From Eutreptiella sp. 'Long Island Sound 2002' (taxonomy: Eukaryota > Protista > Euglenida), in contig OZ038378.1 in NCBI GenBank assembly GCA_964036045.1, positions 195,796,001-195,860,000 on the forward strand: DNA of 64,000 nt, given 5' to 3'. Made by a program: the position numbers and the translations under genes. This document shows, in pieces, positions 13,741 through 26,454 of the stretch (position 1 is the stretch's first letter; each line of letters begins with the position of its first letter). The notes under the pieces are model-generated. The model had not been told where the DNA came from and ran no database searches. It was given only the letters and a program-made list of their open reading frames with translations.

Positions 13741-14228
13741 TCCCCGGCGCACTCAACCGGGCTAAGCGTAGGTCTCACAACCGAAAGGTCATGGGTTCGA
13801 TCCCCGGAGCGGGCATGTTTGGAGGCGGGCGGCGGCAGCCATGCGTCAAGGGCATCCTCTCTGGGGAAATCGCCAAATGAGTAGGCCGTGGAGGCCGCCT
13901 CGCTGCCGCGAGCACCACCAGCTGTGGAAGCCCCAATACACATACAACACACGGGGCAACATGGCGATGACGGGCTCTCACTAATGCCGTGGAGCTGGCC
14001 CGGCGGAAGCCACGGAGCCACCACCCCACTTCCAGGGTGGTCCTGGGGCAGCGAGCCAGGTTCTGGCCCAAGTGCATATCGTCGCACTGGTCGAGGGGCA
14101 ACACAGGGACGCTCTCACACCCCTGGCCTGCACCGTGGGCCTGCTATGATGGGGTAAGCGACCCGACCCGAGGACGCCAGTGTGGCCTATACGGGTCCAA
14201 CCGGGAAGACCTAGTAAAAATGGTACAA

Positions 14229-14240
<12 letters not shown>
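13741..14240 (+). mobile_element. tRNA-derived SINE-like element (tRNA-Met/Val-like head at 13741-13815)
   Basis: Anticodon-like arm GGTCTCACAACC, variable region GAAAGGTC, T-arm GGGTTCGATCCCC and 3' strand AGCGGGCA. The 5' acceptor strand does not pair, so it is not a functional tRNA. (CA)n lies on both sides. Confidence 0.6.
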
Positions 14241-14259
<19 letters not shown>

Positions 14260-14900
14260 TCATTCAGCTTGATACTCAGGTAGTTGTACTTGCCGATGGG
14301 GGAACCACTGCTTGCAGACTGGAGCTGCAGTAGCTCTACTTGCTGAATGGGCTAGCAGTCCATTTGAACTAGGGCAACCATGCCTGCAGAATGGCGTAGG
14401 GCTGCTCTGAAGTGCGATAGTACTACCTCCAGACTTTGGCCGCTCTAGATTTGGAATTGGAACAGGCGCTTTGAGTAGCAAGAGAACCGGCGGGGAGAGC
14501 TTGTTTAACAACGGTTTCGGGCCAGTGGTCTGATTTTGGTGCGACGACTGCTGGGGACGGGGGGCAGAACTCAGGAACAACACGTCCTCCTCAAAGACCC
14601 TAGCTAGCCGGTGGAGGAGGCGGCCTCCTAGGTGTACAAGAGAGCCCTAGGGTGGTAGACTTGCGCTTGGAGTTTGGGTAGGGGTATTTCATGTGGAGCC
14701 GCGTGGAGGATGGTTGAAGTGAGGCACGTAGATGTGTACAAAGAAGAAGTAAGGCGAATGGAGTGTGGGCGGTGTCAGAAAATGTGGTAGTTAATAGTTG
14801 CTTGGTGGAAAGAAAAAGAATAAGAGAAAAAGGATGCCGGTGACGGTAGGTGTGTTTGGAGGTTGAAATACTAGGTTTAGGTGGACCCGACAATATCAAT
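14260..14900 (-). mobile_element. Highly decayed non-LTR retrotransposon RT fragment
   Basis: Minus-strand translation gives VFEEDVLFL (FADD-like) and KYNYLSIKL (KYLGI-like) at RT-like spacing, with stops and frameshifts. Confidence 0.45.
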
Positions 14901-15564
14901 GGCCTAAGGCACAGTGGGATGAGGCGCATCTAACCCCCAATCCCCCTGCTGCCACCGCCCACTAAGCATGACCATTGCTGTACAAGTATGAGGATCCGAC
15001 TCAAAACTTACATAATAAGGAAGACGCTGAGCCTTGTAGAGGTCCGATGGGCAAACATTATATCTCAGTTTGTGGCCTGCTGCCCACTCTGCGGTTTGAA
15101 TTGTTGTTGGGCTCCCAGCCCGGCCGCAAAAAAATTCCGGCGCGCTACAGCCTACCCCCCAGCCTGGCCAGCCCGGCACATGTCAAGTGCAAAAACAAGG
15201 CAGTAGTGCCACGTTTTGTCAAAATTTCCACTCTCTTATGGTTGGGTGCCGCCCGCACAGTGCTTTGCATAATGCTCATTTGCCCAGCACAGAGCAAGTG
15301 CCACCCACGCACCCACAGCATCATGCCTGTGTGTGCTTGCCAGCACTGCTACCTACACCACATCCCTAGCCCCCAACACTGTACTAGTGCCTGCTTGCTT
15401 GACATGGCACGCAGAAAGAGAAAGTGCCTGTCGCATAGTGTTTGTGTTTGCTCACTCGTGATTGCAGATCGCAGTGCTACGCTATTCTAAAGGCGGTGCC
15501 GCCACCTTCCAAAAGGCAGTTGCTATAGGGCTGGGTTGTGGCTACATTCAAGGGGGTGAGGCAT

Positions 15565-15905
15565 GCAAAAACTGTCATCTGGGGGCGTCAAAATGACAGA
15601 AAACGTGTTCATGGGGGTTGGGACGCAAAAACTGTCACCTCGGGATGTCAGGATGACAAAAGGCCCAGGGGGGGGGGGGGAGAAATGTCTAAACTGTCAT
15701 TTGCGGGCGCCAAGGGATCAGAAATCCCATACACTGGGGGGTGAGATATGTAAAACCTGTCACCTGTGGGTGCCAAAATGACATAAATCACCTTCAGAGG
15801 AGGCAAAAAGCTGTCATCTGGACGCATCAGAATGACAAAAACCCCATTCAAGGGGGGTTGGAAATGCAAAAACTGGCATTTGGGGGCACTGGAATGACAG
15901 AAATT
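15565..15905 (+). repeat. Degenerate about 60-bp tandem repeat, 6 units
   Basis: AAAACTGTCA...AATGACA recurs at about 15568, 15628, 15690, 15752, 15808 and 15869. Confidence 0.75.
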
Positions 15906-16595
15906 CTTTGCACGGGGGGGATATCCCCAGGGAGCGTCTCTGCAAGGGAGACGAGGTTGTTTCCAGGAAGCGTTTCCGTCAAGGTGCCCATAGAGGATCC
16001 ACATTTCGAGCCACGCCCTCAACTCTTTGATTTGATTCCTTCCAGATTTTCAACATCTTTGATTTGATTCCTTCCAGATTTTCAACATGGGGTTATCAGA
16101 TTCATGGAGCTTGTCCTGGGGGGTGGGGTGACACCTGAAAAATGTCCGTATTTTGGAAGAGATTTCAGCAGACTCAAAAACCTCGTTGCCCCCTTAGCCT
16201 TTCTCTTGGAGCTAGTCGGGCGCTGAGGGTACCACTCCAGCGCCTTGACGCTGCTCCAGTAGTAGGCCCCATCCTTTCAGAGACTTTTCGACAAATTGAG
16301 GCGGGGGGATGAGGTTGCTGCCGACAATTGGGTGAATTCGGGCAGATTAGAGGGCTCACCCGTAGATGGCGTTGGAACATGGGGCAGCACGGGGTCCTAT
16401 GATCGAGATGTGGCCACGACAGCCAGTGTCTCCACACTCAACGCGGCCAGCCTGGACATTTCCAACCTGCACTTGCTATTTTCCCTCCTGTAGAGGGCCT
16501 CCCAGGCCTAGATACACGGGCCAGGGAGTTTTGGAGCCTCAAATTTCGGAACTGGGTTGTAGTCGGTCCCAATGGGGTGTCCTCAAGGTAAGCCA

Positions 16596-16831
16596 CCGGG
16601 CAAGCTCCAAAGTCATTGCACTCTGAAGTCGAAAGCATGTACCTGGAGCGTAATTTTGCACCCCAAAGTCAAACAACTATTTTGAACTTTCTTCGTTTTT
16701 CAATTGACACTGAGGTGATCAGGCAATTCTTGCCTTTGGACTGCGTTTTTGCATTCCAAAGTGGGGGCAGTATGTACTGCAACTTTAAACTCATATGACT
16801 TTGGAGTGCAATGACTTTGGAGACTCCCCTG
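16596..16831. mobile_element. MITE with TIR core TCCAAAGTCATTGCACTC
   Basis: 16606-16623 is the reverse complement of 16804-16821. The right end terminates in CCCCTG. Confidence 0.6.
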
Positions 16832-17591
16832 TGTGTCGGCGAGCAACCAACCATGCTCGCCGCATATCTTGGGTTGGGGGCACTAGACTCCGGCGTTCCC
16901 AAACCCCGGGTACAGGGTTGTTGGCGCTGGAGGTGCCCCTAGAAACGCCTGATCAGCATGTCGCGGTCAATGCAGGGCAATTTTTTTTTAAGGATATGCT
17001 TGGCTTTTGAGGCCAATACCAGGTCCAAAGTCAGCCGGCGCATGCGCCTGGTCCCTGAGACCATCTAGGTCTCCACCCAAGCCGCTACCAAGGTTATAGC
17101 CCAGGATAGAACCTGAACTGCTACCATGGTACTGGACTGGATCCAGAGCAGAGTAAGACAAGGCAATAGCACTAGCAGCAGACATTTGGGTGTTGGAGTA
17201 ATCCTTAGCAACACATCATAGTGTTCTGAAATCCTTTTACTGAACCTGCCTTAAACAGCAAACTCCTGGATGTAGCACTGTTGTTTGCCTGGAGGCGGCG
17301 GCCCTCATCTCCTCAAGAGGCTCGTCCGCATCATTGAATATAGAAAAGTATGCCAAGAGGCAAGAGGCTTCATGACTGATGGAGATCCCCCCCCCCCTTT
17401 CAAGCTGGTCAATGCTTCCTGACTTCATGGTGCAAGCAACCCAGAACGTGTGCTGGTCAAACACTGTGTGGCGTAATCTAATGGGCTGGCACAAGGCATT
17501 TCAGCACCACTACTACGGTAAGGGGTGTTGTGTCAGCCTCATGTGCATAGTAATCTGCATAGGGCGCACTCTGTTCTACAGACCTTTTTTT

Positions 17592-17906
17592 ATGAACTGG
17601 GCCACGTCCAGTCACCGCAAAAATTGGGTGTTGACGTCTGAGAGGCTCGATGCGCTGCGGACGCAGTCGCTCGTGCAGCTGTGCTCCTCTGCGGGGGCGC
17701 CTACAGTGCCCGACGCCATGCGGCTACAATTGCTGATTCTGCAGTTCAGTGAAATGCAGTTGCTGCGGCTGTGCAACTTGTTTGGGAGGCAGCCGGCCAC
17801 AAAGTTCACGGCGATGATGTATTTCAAGAGATTGTACTTGAGCCACAACACGTGCGCAGTGGTCCCGCAGACCATTGCCATTTGTGCCATTTGGTTGGCA
17901 TCCAAG
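17592..17906 (+). CDS. CCNH: Cyclin H-like transcriptional cyclin, exon 1 (MNWATSSHRKNWVLT...TAMMYFKRLYL...AIWLASK)
   Basis: N-terminal SSHxxxW motif and cyclin box TAxxYFKRxYL...CxxLAxK. Donor AAG|GTATCG at 17907, phase 0. Cyclin C cannot be fully excluded. Confidence 0.82.
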
Positions 17907-18664
17907 GTATCGATGGCATGAGCAGTGTCAGGGGGTAATCTGAATGAACGAGCGGGAGCACATAACGCAGTATGTGTGCGGTGCAAGCATTTGTGTACCA
18001 AAAAAAACAACCCTAACGTTTTGCAGAACCAATTAATTCTTACCATTAGTTGTGTTTTTGGGCAAAAAAGCATTACAAATGATAATTTGATTTTCGGCCT
18101 ATCTCGCTTGTGGACCAGAAAATCCCGCGCAGAAGTGTGTGAATTTTTTTTATTGCTGCATGGTGCGCACAGTTTCCACCAAAGCTCCTCCTCATCCATG
18201 CTGACCAGTTGGATGCCCCCATGGCGATTCTGAAACTGGTTGCAAGCACCACTGTTAACCAATTGATGGAGAAGGTAGGCTGCGCGAGGCCGCTGCTGTC
18301 AGAAAGAGTAGGTTAATGGAAGGGCACAACTGACCCGACGAAGTGAGATTTCTTGGTGGAGGTGACCAATTTGTCTTTTGCAATGAAGTTGGAAGACACA
18401 ACTCCGTACAGCACTTTTGCTACGCCAAGAATATTTTGTAACCATATTGCAGGCTACCTTCAGGATTTTTTTCAACTTTGGCTGATTCCAAATTAAGAGA
18501 AAGGGAGAAAGGGATTCCTCAGAGAGAAACCACCGTAATTTCAAAAGGGTTTCAGAAATGTCGAAAGCGAAGAAAGCGAAAAATCCATAATTTCAAAGAA
18601 AAGACTGCAAAATCGAATCCTGGTATGCCGAATTTTAGCGCCGCCGCCGGCGGCGGCGCCAAAG

Positions 18665-18734
18665 TGGGCAGATTGGGGTTCGAACCGCCGACTGCACGAA
18701 TGCCGGTCGGCTGAGTTACCACTCGGCTGCTACC
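18665..18734 (-). mobile_element. tRNA-like Pol III promoter head (SINE)
   Basis: Minus strand has an A-box-like TAGCAGCCGAGTGG and a B-box GGTTCGAACCCC, but no complete cloverleaf. Confidence 0.5.
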
Positions 18735-20475
18735 TGGATTGTGGCATATGGCCTCCCTGCTGCTTGGGGCCGCATCTGCCACTGACAAAAAACCCAAACT
18801 GTATGTATCTGTCTGACTGCCTGCTTGCTAGCTCAGGGACTGATTGGCTGACTGTCAACCTCTCTTCGAGGTGCACTGCCGAAGGCAATAGAATTTCAAA
18901 GAAAAGACTGCAAAAGTTAAAAAAAAAAGTTTCAGAAAAATTTGAAGGTTCCCACAAGCATTCTGAAAAAATTCCAGAAACAATTCCAAGAGCATGTACT
19001 GGATAGGGCATTTGGGGGTGGTGGGGCAATTTTGCGCATTTTCCTGCAGTTTCGCATTTTTTCTTCCTTGATCTTTACGGTCCACTCACGTTGTGCACCG
19101 TTTGAATTTGAAAGGGAGGTGGTTTTGTTCTCAACCATCTTGAAACTTGTTTTGATGCCTCTTCAGGGGCGTTCCAAGACTTGTTGAGGAGCGTCAGAAG
19201 CGGCACTGGCCGACGACGTATTCCCCGCCCCCCATTGTGCCAGCACAGCCCTGTCGGACCGCGGTGGTTCTGACCGCAGGTTTTGTGGTGAAGACTGCAA
19301 GACGTTTGGGAGTCGGTCGTCATGGTAAAGCGGTGGTGGTGTCTGTGAAGAGCCATTGCTCCTCCGAATATCGTTCCCGCAGCCCACATTCTTTTTTTCT
19401 GTGTTTTTTCAGCGAATGTTGTTGTGATGGGGGCGTGAAACCCCGAGACGCACTTGTGTGTGGGTGGTACCTCAGTACGGCGACCCGGTCTCTCGGTCCT
19501 CTTGCCGGACTTCGGCCGTGCCTGTGCAAGGGCGAGGGGGAGGGGGCGTTGCCGTCATGCGGTGGAACAACGTCCTGGCTTTCATCGCCTGTGTCAATGC
19601 GTTTGAGCTTCAAAATAGAGGGTTTGGGCCCCTCCCCATAATTTCCTCGAAGCGTCTGTGGGCCTGCAGGCATCCCCTGAGCCGGTTACGCGGACAGTAG
19701 CACCGCCACCCAGGCACACAGCCCGGGCAGGCGCCAGGCCAGGGCAGTGCCAGGCGCGCCCTGGGGCCCCTCCAACTGCCATGCCCCGGCGCCGTGGGTG
19801 GTAGGTCCAGCCCAGAGCACCACCCGTGCCCCGAGCAGTCAAGGAGTGCGGAGCAACCCCAACTAATCAGAAAGTACAAATCTATCTATTTACATCAAAC
19901 AAATAATAAAAAAAAACCGATCAAAAATCATTTGAATTTGTTGCATAATTTCTTTTGTAAAATTGTAGGTTCCCAATCCCTAGTCCTTAAAAACTGTAAA
20001 AAACGATTTGTGTGCAATTTTTTTTTCAGCTGAAACTAATTCAAGGTTTTATTACAGAAAAACCCAGTGGCGTGCAGGGCAGGGCTGCCCCCGTGCCCAT
20101 AGCAGTCGTGGGGCGGCCAGCGGCATGTCGGTCGAATTGGAGGCGGCGTGTCCAGGCCGGCAACCCCCCCAACCTCCCCGGCGGGACCTGGAGCACCAGG
20201 CAATACGCTACGCCCCCCCCCCCCCCCAAACACAGGCACGGCGGCATCCCCCTCCCCCGCGTGGGCCACCGCGGGGTACGGGGGCGGTCATTGGTCCGGC
20301 GGGCCTTGGGACCGCACAACCGCGACCCATCCGGCCCCACTGCGTCGCGCAGGTACGGGCGCAGACCGTGGGCCCGTGCGTGCGGATGAGGCCTTGACCC
20401 CCCCCCCCCCGCCAGCACTGCTCTTTTCATGCTTCGCACTGCAGAAATGACATCCGTGTTCTGTTCTGTTGTCAG

Positions 20476-20649
20476 ATCACGGAGCAGTACATGGAGGCCC
20501 CGCTGTACCTCAAAGACGTGGAGATGCGGACCGGAGTGAAGCTGACCCTCGATGACCTGATGGAAGCAGAAAAGTGCCTTCTGAAGGCCCTGGGATTCTC
20601 ACTCCTGATTGTCACCCCCGACATGACCCTCCAATGTGCTCTGGAGCAG
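20476..20649 (+). CDS. CCNH: Cyclin H-like exon 2 (ITEQYMEAP...EAEKCLLKALGFSLLIVTPDMTLQCALEQ)
   Basis: Cyclin box ExxLLxxLxFxL motif. Acceptor gtcAG at 20474-20475. The only phase-compatible donor is CAG|GCATGC, a GC donor at 20650. Confidence 0.82.
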
Positions 20650-20689
20650 GCATGCGGTGCTCAAATGTGTCGAAACTGCCGTGAATTCC

Positions 20690-21420
20690 CAATGACTCCG
20701 AATCGTTCCGTGCTTGTTGCAAATAGTCCCGCATAATTCCGCTTTTTTCTCTCCATGATTCTGATGAATTCTGACTAATCTCGGCTATATTCAGGCTATT
20801 CCGCAGAATTCCGCATAACCCCGCGAAACTCTGCATAATTCCGCATAATTCTGAATAGTTTCGAATAATTTCAGAAATTTCCGGATGTTTCCGAAGCATT
20901 CCATGTAGTGCGGAATAATTCAGCATAATTCCAGGCAATTCGATGTTCTGCATAATTACGAATAAGTTCGCATAATTCCGCATCATCCAGATAACACAGC
21001 ATGATTCAGCACAATTCCACACGCACAGTCCCGCACAGTTCTGCATAATCGCATAATTCCACTTATTTTCCCATGATTCCGCTTACTTCGGAATTGTTCA
21101 GCACAAATCCAGACAATTCTCCATCACTCCAAACAATGCCATACAATTCCGCATGAATTCCAATACTTCCGCCTCATCACGCATTCTTCTGCACAAATCC
21201 ACATAATGTCGCATTCTTTGCAATAGTTCTGCATAATGTTGCAAAATTCTAGACAATTCTACACGATTTCGAATAATCTCGAACAATGCCAATGACTCCA
21301 CACAATTCCGAAATCTTCCACACGATTCCGCACACTTCCGAACGATCCCGACAAAATTCCGAATGATTCCCAACAACGCTGCACAAATGAGCAATTGCGA
21401 ATGACCTCAAACTTCACGTA
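20690..21420 (+). repeat. Degenerate about 10-bp minisatellite (GCATAATTCC-like) filling the cyclin GC-AG intron
   Basis: Dozens of AATTCC/ATAAT units at roughly 10-bp spacing. Confidence 0.85.
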
Positions 21421-21521
21421 TCTGCAGAATTGACATATTTTGGGCGTGGAGTTGCGCACCTTCATTACACTTCAGGTACGCCGCATCACTTGCATTCCGC
21501 ATTTGGCGACACTGTTTTCAG

Positions 21522-21764
21522 GAGCTATTGCCCAACATCGCGCGCTCCCTGCACAATCCCCTGACTGCCCTCGCCGAGAAGTATTTGGAGATTGCGTTCC
21601 TGACGGACGCGGTGCTGCGGCATCCCCCGCAGCTGGTGGCCCTGGGGGCATTGGCGGTGGCGTGTGAGGAGCTGCGAGTGCCCTACGAGACCATCGGCCT
21701 GTGGAAGAGTTGTACGGGGGCGCTGATGACGGAGTTGCATGAGGCGGTGCTGACCATTGTATGA
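21522..21764 (+). CDS. CCNH: Cyclin H-like exon 3 (ELLPNIARS...AFLTDAVLRHPPQLVALGALAVAC...LTIV*)
   Basis: TDAxLxxPPxxxALxAL motif typical of cyclin H. Acceptor ttttcAG at 21520-21521, stop TGA at 21762-21764. Confidence 0.85.
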   Translation, partial: ELLPNIARSLHNPLTALAEKYLEIAFLTDAVLRHPPQLVALGALAVACEELRVPYETIGLWKSCTGALMTELHEAVLTIV

Positions 21765-22014
21765 GCGCACTGTACCGGGGCGGTGGGTGCGTGTGCCCGG
21801 GGCGCACTCGCATTAGGGACGAGCACCCGGTGGGCCCTGTAGGCCCCGTTGGTTTGCCAAGGGACTCGCGCGTGCGCCGGGCGTGCCCCACCGGAAGGGC
21901 CCGCCCCCAAGGGAAGCAGTCGAATGGCCGTACACCGTAGGAGGAGGGGGGTTACCCCCCCCCTTTCGGAACCCCCGATTGGGGTTACCCACTGGGGTTT
22001 TCAACCCAAGGCCC

Positions 22015-23411
22015 AAGGGTGTGTTTGGGGGGGGGGGCGAATGGCGTTAGGCCATTGCAAACAGACTGGGGAAGGGGGTTTTGGCAGCCGGAGGGGGCTC
22101 TGTCTACTTAAAGTTGCCCAACAGACAGCGTCGACGGGGCCCTTGGTCGCCTCAAAGTGCCCAGCTCCTCTCCCCCAACCCCCTCCCTCTCTTCTCTGCA
22201 CCCCGGTGCCCTGTTTGCCCTGTAGCACCGTAGTGTGCTGCCCCTAGTTGAGTTGCCACTATGGGAGTAGCTTGGGGGAGTAGCCCGGGGTGCTGCAAAG
22301 CAGGTGAGGCAGCCAGATAGGGTGTGTACATTAGTAGATCCCTCCCTGCCTCCCTCCCTCCCTCCCCTCATCTCTCTTATTTGCCCGGCGGCACCTAGGG
22401 GGCCCTGGGTGCTTCAAGCTGCCCTAACGTTGTACAGGGGTCCGGGGAGGGGGGGCGCTTAAAGTTGCCCACCATAAGCTGACGGGTCACGTGCTCTATC
22501 CCACATAAATCCCGTGGGTCAGCAAAGCCAATAGGCACCGAACAAAATAAGTGCTTGCTGGTAGGGACATTGAGCAGCCACAGCTTCGCGCCTTGGGTCC
22601 CAGGGAGCCGCCCCTTGCAATGCCCAAACCATCCATCCATCCATCCATCCATCCTCTGGGTGCCTCCACTGCAGGTAGGTGGTCCAGGAACAAGGCAGTG
22701 CTAAGCACGTCCCAAGGACCTCCAGCAATGCCACGTGCCCGGGACTGTGGGAGCAGTGCGCTGAGAGCCACAGCGTGTGACCCCTCAGGGGTCAGTCATG
22801 AAGTGCCCTTGGCCAGCTAGCCCTTCCTGGAAGACAGCCCGTGGCCCTTAGGGGCGCCGTAGGGAGGCAGCACAGCGCCCGCACAGCGGCTGGAGCCTGC
22901 AGACTACCCGACCCATTGCCCCCTGGCGGTCTGCGTGTTGGGCTCCCCTACCCCACCGCCAGGGCCCGGGGCATCGGGCACGCACAACCCCAGGGACAGC
23001 CGACGATGGAGTTAGCAGGTGTACCAACGCCCCCCCCCCAGCCCCACCGACCTGCCCCCCCCCCCCCCACCCACCCCACCACCACCACATGCTGTGAACC
23101 CCCCCCCCCCCCGGACGCCAGTGCTTTGCAGCACCCCGGGCTACTCCCCCAAGCTACTCCCATAGGGGCAACTCAACTAGGGGCAGCACACTGCGGTGCT
23201 ACAGGGCAAACAGGGCACCGGGGTGCAGAGAAGAGAGGGAGGGGGTTGGGGGAGAGGAGCTGGGCACTTTGAGGCGACCAAGGGCCCCGTCGGCGCTGTC
23301 TGTTGGGCAACTTTAAGTAGACGGAGCCCCCTCCGGCTGCCAAAACCCTCTTCCCCAGTCTGTTTGCAACGGCCTAACGCCACCCCCCCCCCCCCCTAAC
23401 ACACACCGCAG
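22015..23411. mobile_element. Foldback-like element, about 1.4 kb, with about 280-bp near-identical inverted arms
   Basis: About 22030-22302 is the reverse complement of about 23121-23397 with few mismatches. Possible flanks CAAGGCCC and CAAGGTCA (6/8). Confidence 0.8.
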
Positions 23412-25350
23412 CAAGGTCACAGCCCGCAGGGTTTACTTAGGCCTTTTTTTGGAGGGGGGGGGCCTGAGGGTAGACCCTATGGGGACCTGGCGTGAGCGGG
23501 CCCGGGGTGGGTGTGGGGTTGGTCTCAAGCTGCTTGGGGTGCCAAACCTCCATCCATGATCCACACCCGGCCACGGGGCTAGGGAGCCGGAGAGGCCCCT
23601 TTGCGTGGCGCGTGCAGTGTTGGGGTTCACCCCGTAGCGGATTCACATTATGATGGCCCCCGGCCTTTCCTTGCAGTTGCCAAGTTTGGGGGCGTGAAGG
23701 GATTTTGTCCATTTGTTGTTTTGTTGCCCCCTTACCAACCTCCAAAATGGCAACGCGGTCGGAGTCAGAGACCGAGGGGCGAAGGTGGTACAACCAAACA
23801 CCTGGTGTGGGTGGTCCTGCGTGTTTAAATCGGGCTGGGGTAGGGGTGGGGCTACGGGCTGCCGTTGGGGCATTAGTCTAGAGAGGAATCCCCTCTGGGA
23901 ACACCCCACATTGCAGGCTTGACTATGTGCTGTAGTGCGTTGGTTGGGGGGTGCCCTAGCTGGTTGGCCTATCAACTCCTCCTCTTCAGAGGGGCAAATG
24001 GGCTGGTCATTGGTAGCACCCCCGAAGGCAGGCCGCCCACGCTCAAAGGGATGCTGCAACCCGGGCCAGAGGCCATGGTGGGTACTAGCCACAGTCAGGG
24101 GCACCCACAGTAGGGGGGTTGGGGCCTGCCGGTGGGCCACACCCTCCAAAGGTCTTGCCGTGCCGCCGGCCCCCGAAACAATCTGTTTACCCTATGGCCG
24201 TGGGATCTATGCTGGGGGGTAGAGCCACAACCACTGAGGAGAGGGTGGGCCTCACATGAGCTGCCGTAGAGGTGCTGGCCGTCTGGGGGGCGGTGGCCCC
24301 CAGACGGTGCTGTGAGGCACAGATGAATAGGGCTGTCTGGGCAGCGGCACCGTACATGGCCATGGGTAGCCGTCACACAAGTGGCACTCCATGAGCCTGG
24401 GGGGGGGGGGGGGGGCTGCCGCTCCAACCAGGGCCATCCCTCAAGACCGGATTTTGGAAGGCGCACCGTTGAGTGGTAACTGATGGCGTTTGGGGGTTGA
24501 TTGACGGTGATTGGGGGGCAACTACGAGCATTCCGGAGCATTCTGAGTATCCCCCACCCCGTGAGTGGAGAGGGAAGGATAGGCCAAGGAGGGAGAGGAA
24601 GGACACAGGGTGGTGAGAGGCCGATGGGCACCACCGCCTACGGAGGGAAAGGGCCTAAGGGAAGGGCAGCGAATGGCGATCGACCAGCGGCGCCGCCAGC
24701 TGTAGATGCGAGCAACACACGATGGCGACATGCCCCCCCCCCCCGTCATGGACGGCCTTGGCTGCAGCACCTGGTATGGGAAGGCCCACGTGAGGGCCAT
24801 GATCGGCCATGGTGGCTGCGTCCAGAAGGGATAGGGAGTGGGCGCCATCCGGATGAAAGAGCGGACACACGGCAGCCCGCATAGTGCCCGGCTGCCACGG
24901 CGTCCGTGGCCAAGGCCTAGGTAGGGGCCCATGATCCCCCATTGCAGCAGCGTAGCCTGCCAAGCCGGGTGTGTGCACCTGTGTGGGCCCAAAAGCATGC
25001 ATCCGGGCATGGAGGGTGCACAAAAGGCCGGTGGCCAAACTGAGGGGAGCTCCCAGAAGGTTTTGGGGAGGGGGATGGGCCTCTGTGACATGGGGCTGTG
25101 AGAAATAGCAATGACTTGAATTCGGGCCGCAAAGTGGCCCGGACGAAAAGCTTTCCCCCATGAACGCACACCTCAAAGTGACCAGCGAGTTGTGTGGGGG
25201 TATCCCCCCCCCCCCCCCCCGACCCCAAGGTATTATCCAGTGTCCCAAAAGAAATGATGCACATCTCAGAGTGACACCTCCCAATCAGGTGTCCTAGAAT
25301 CCTAAGAGACCCCAACAAGTCGGTAGAACGAATCGGCCAAATCACAGAAA

Positions 25351-25522
25351 CCCCACAAATCGGCAAAACAAAATGGCGGAATTCAGAAACCCAACAAATC
25401 GGCAGAAAAAATCGGCCGAATTCAGCCGCCGATTTGGGGGCTGGCATGACCCCATTAGTCCTGGGGCCTCAAAGGCACACAACCAGACTTCAGATTGGCA
25501 CCATGAAGTGTTTTTACTGCCC
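25351..25522 (+). repeat. About 175-bp dispersed repeat; inverted near-identical copy at 30204-30385
   Basis: CCCCACAAATCGGCAAAAC...GTGTTTTTACTGCCC matches the reverse complement of 30204-30385. Confidence 0.9.
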
Positions 25523-26454
25523 ACAAAAAGACGAGCCCGTGGTCCCCTGCCATAGTACTGCACAGGGATCATGTACAGACCGAAAATTTGGTTGCAGATC
25601 AGAGCCGCACACCCACCTAGCACATGAGGAGATGCAAATGGCCAGTCTGTGTGCACTGATCTTCTTCTGGCAGGCTTTGTTTGTGCATGGAAAACCGATT
25701 TTCTCAGCAAGACAGGTGACAAAAAGTGCAAAAAAATTCCGGTCCATAACCAGGCCTGCAGTTCTGAAGCCCTGGGTATATACCCCTAGACCACCACCTC
25801 GCACTGCTACACTACTGCTTAGGAACCATGTACAGACCAAGAGACGAAATTTTTCTTTTGAAAATTGAGACATAATTTGGGCTACTACATGATTCCAACA
25901 ACTGAGCAACCAAAAGGAAGGTGTGCTTGGGCCCTGGGACTGAGATCCAGGTGACTGGGAACCTGTTTTGGCAAAAAATTGGTTCGCCGATTTGTTCGCC
26001 GATTTGTTGGGATTTCTTCCCTGATTTGGGGGCTGGCTTGTAGGGTTGTAGCACCGCAACCTGGGAGCTTTCCCACACAGGGGTTTTCAACAGGAGGGTC
26101 GCAGCTCATCTCCCAACTCCATCAGCTTCAACATCCACAGAGCAGGCAATTTTGGGCGTCGTCTCGGATCCACATGTGGCGCTAGGCGTCTTGTGCCAGA
26201 GGCTTGTTGTTGTTCTTTTCGGCGCTGTCAAAGGTCATCAGTGTGCACACCTCCGCAGGGAAAATGAGGGTTCCATGGGCCCCAAAACACAGCATGTCCA
26301 CCACCGCCCGGGAAGTGGGGCTACCCTTGGCCCAGATAACTGCTCCATTGGGGATGTGGATGAGAATGAGTGGCTGGGGACCAGGTCCACAACCTGCACC
26401 TCACGCCCGGCGTGGGTGCGCGACCCATGGCCCCTCCTCCCCATCCCCCCTTAG

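Noticed and set aside
13741-13815. Functional tRNA-Val(CAC) gene
   Set aside because: The acceptor stem does not pair and the D-arm is degenerate; it continues into a SINE-like body.
26152-26454. First exon of the LRR gene via a 39-nt intron (26416-26454)
   Set aside because: It is phase-compatible, but the peptide is uninformative and every other intron here is over 600 bp; left unresolved.
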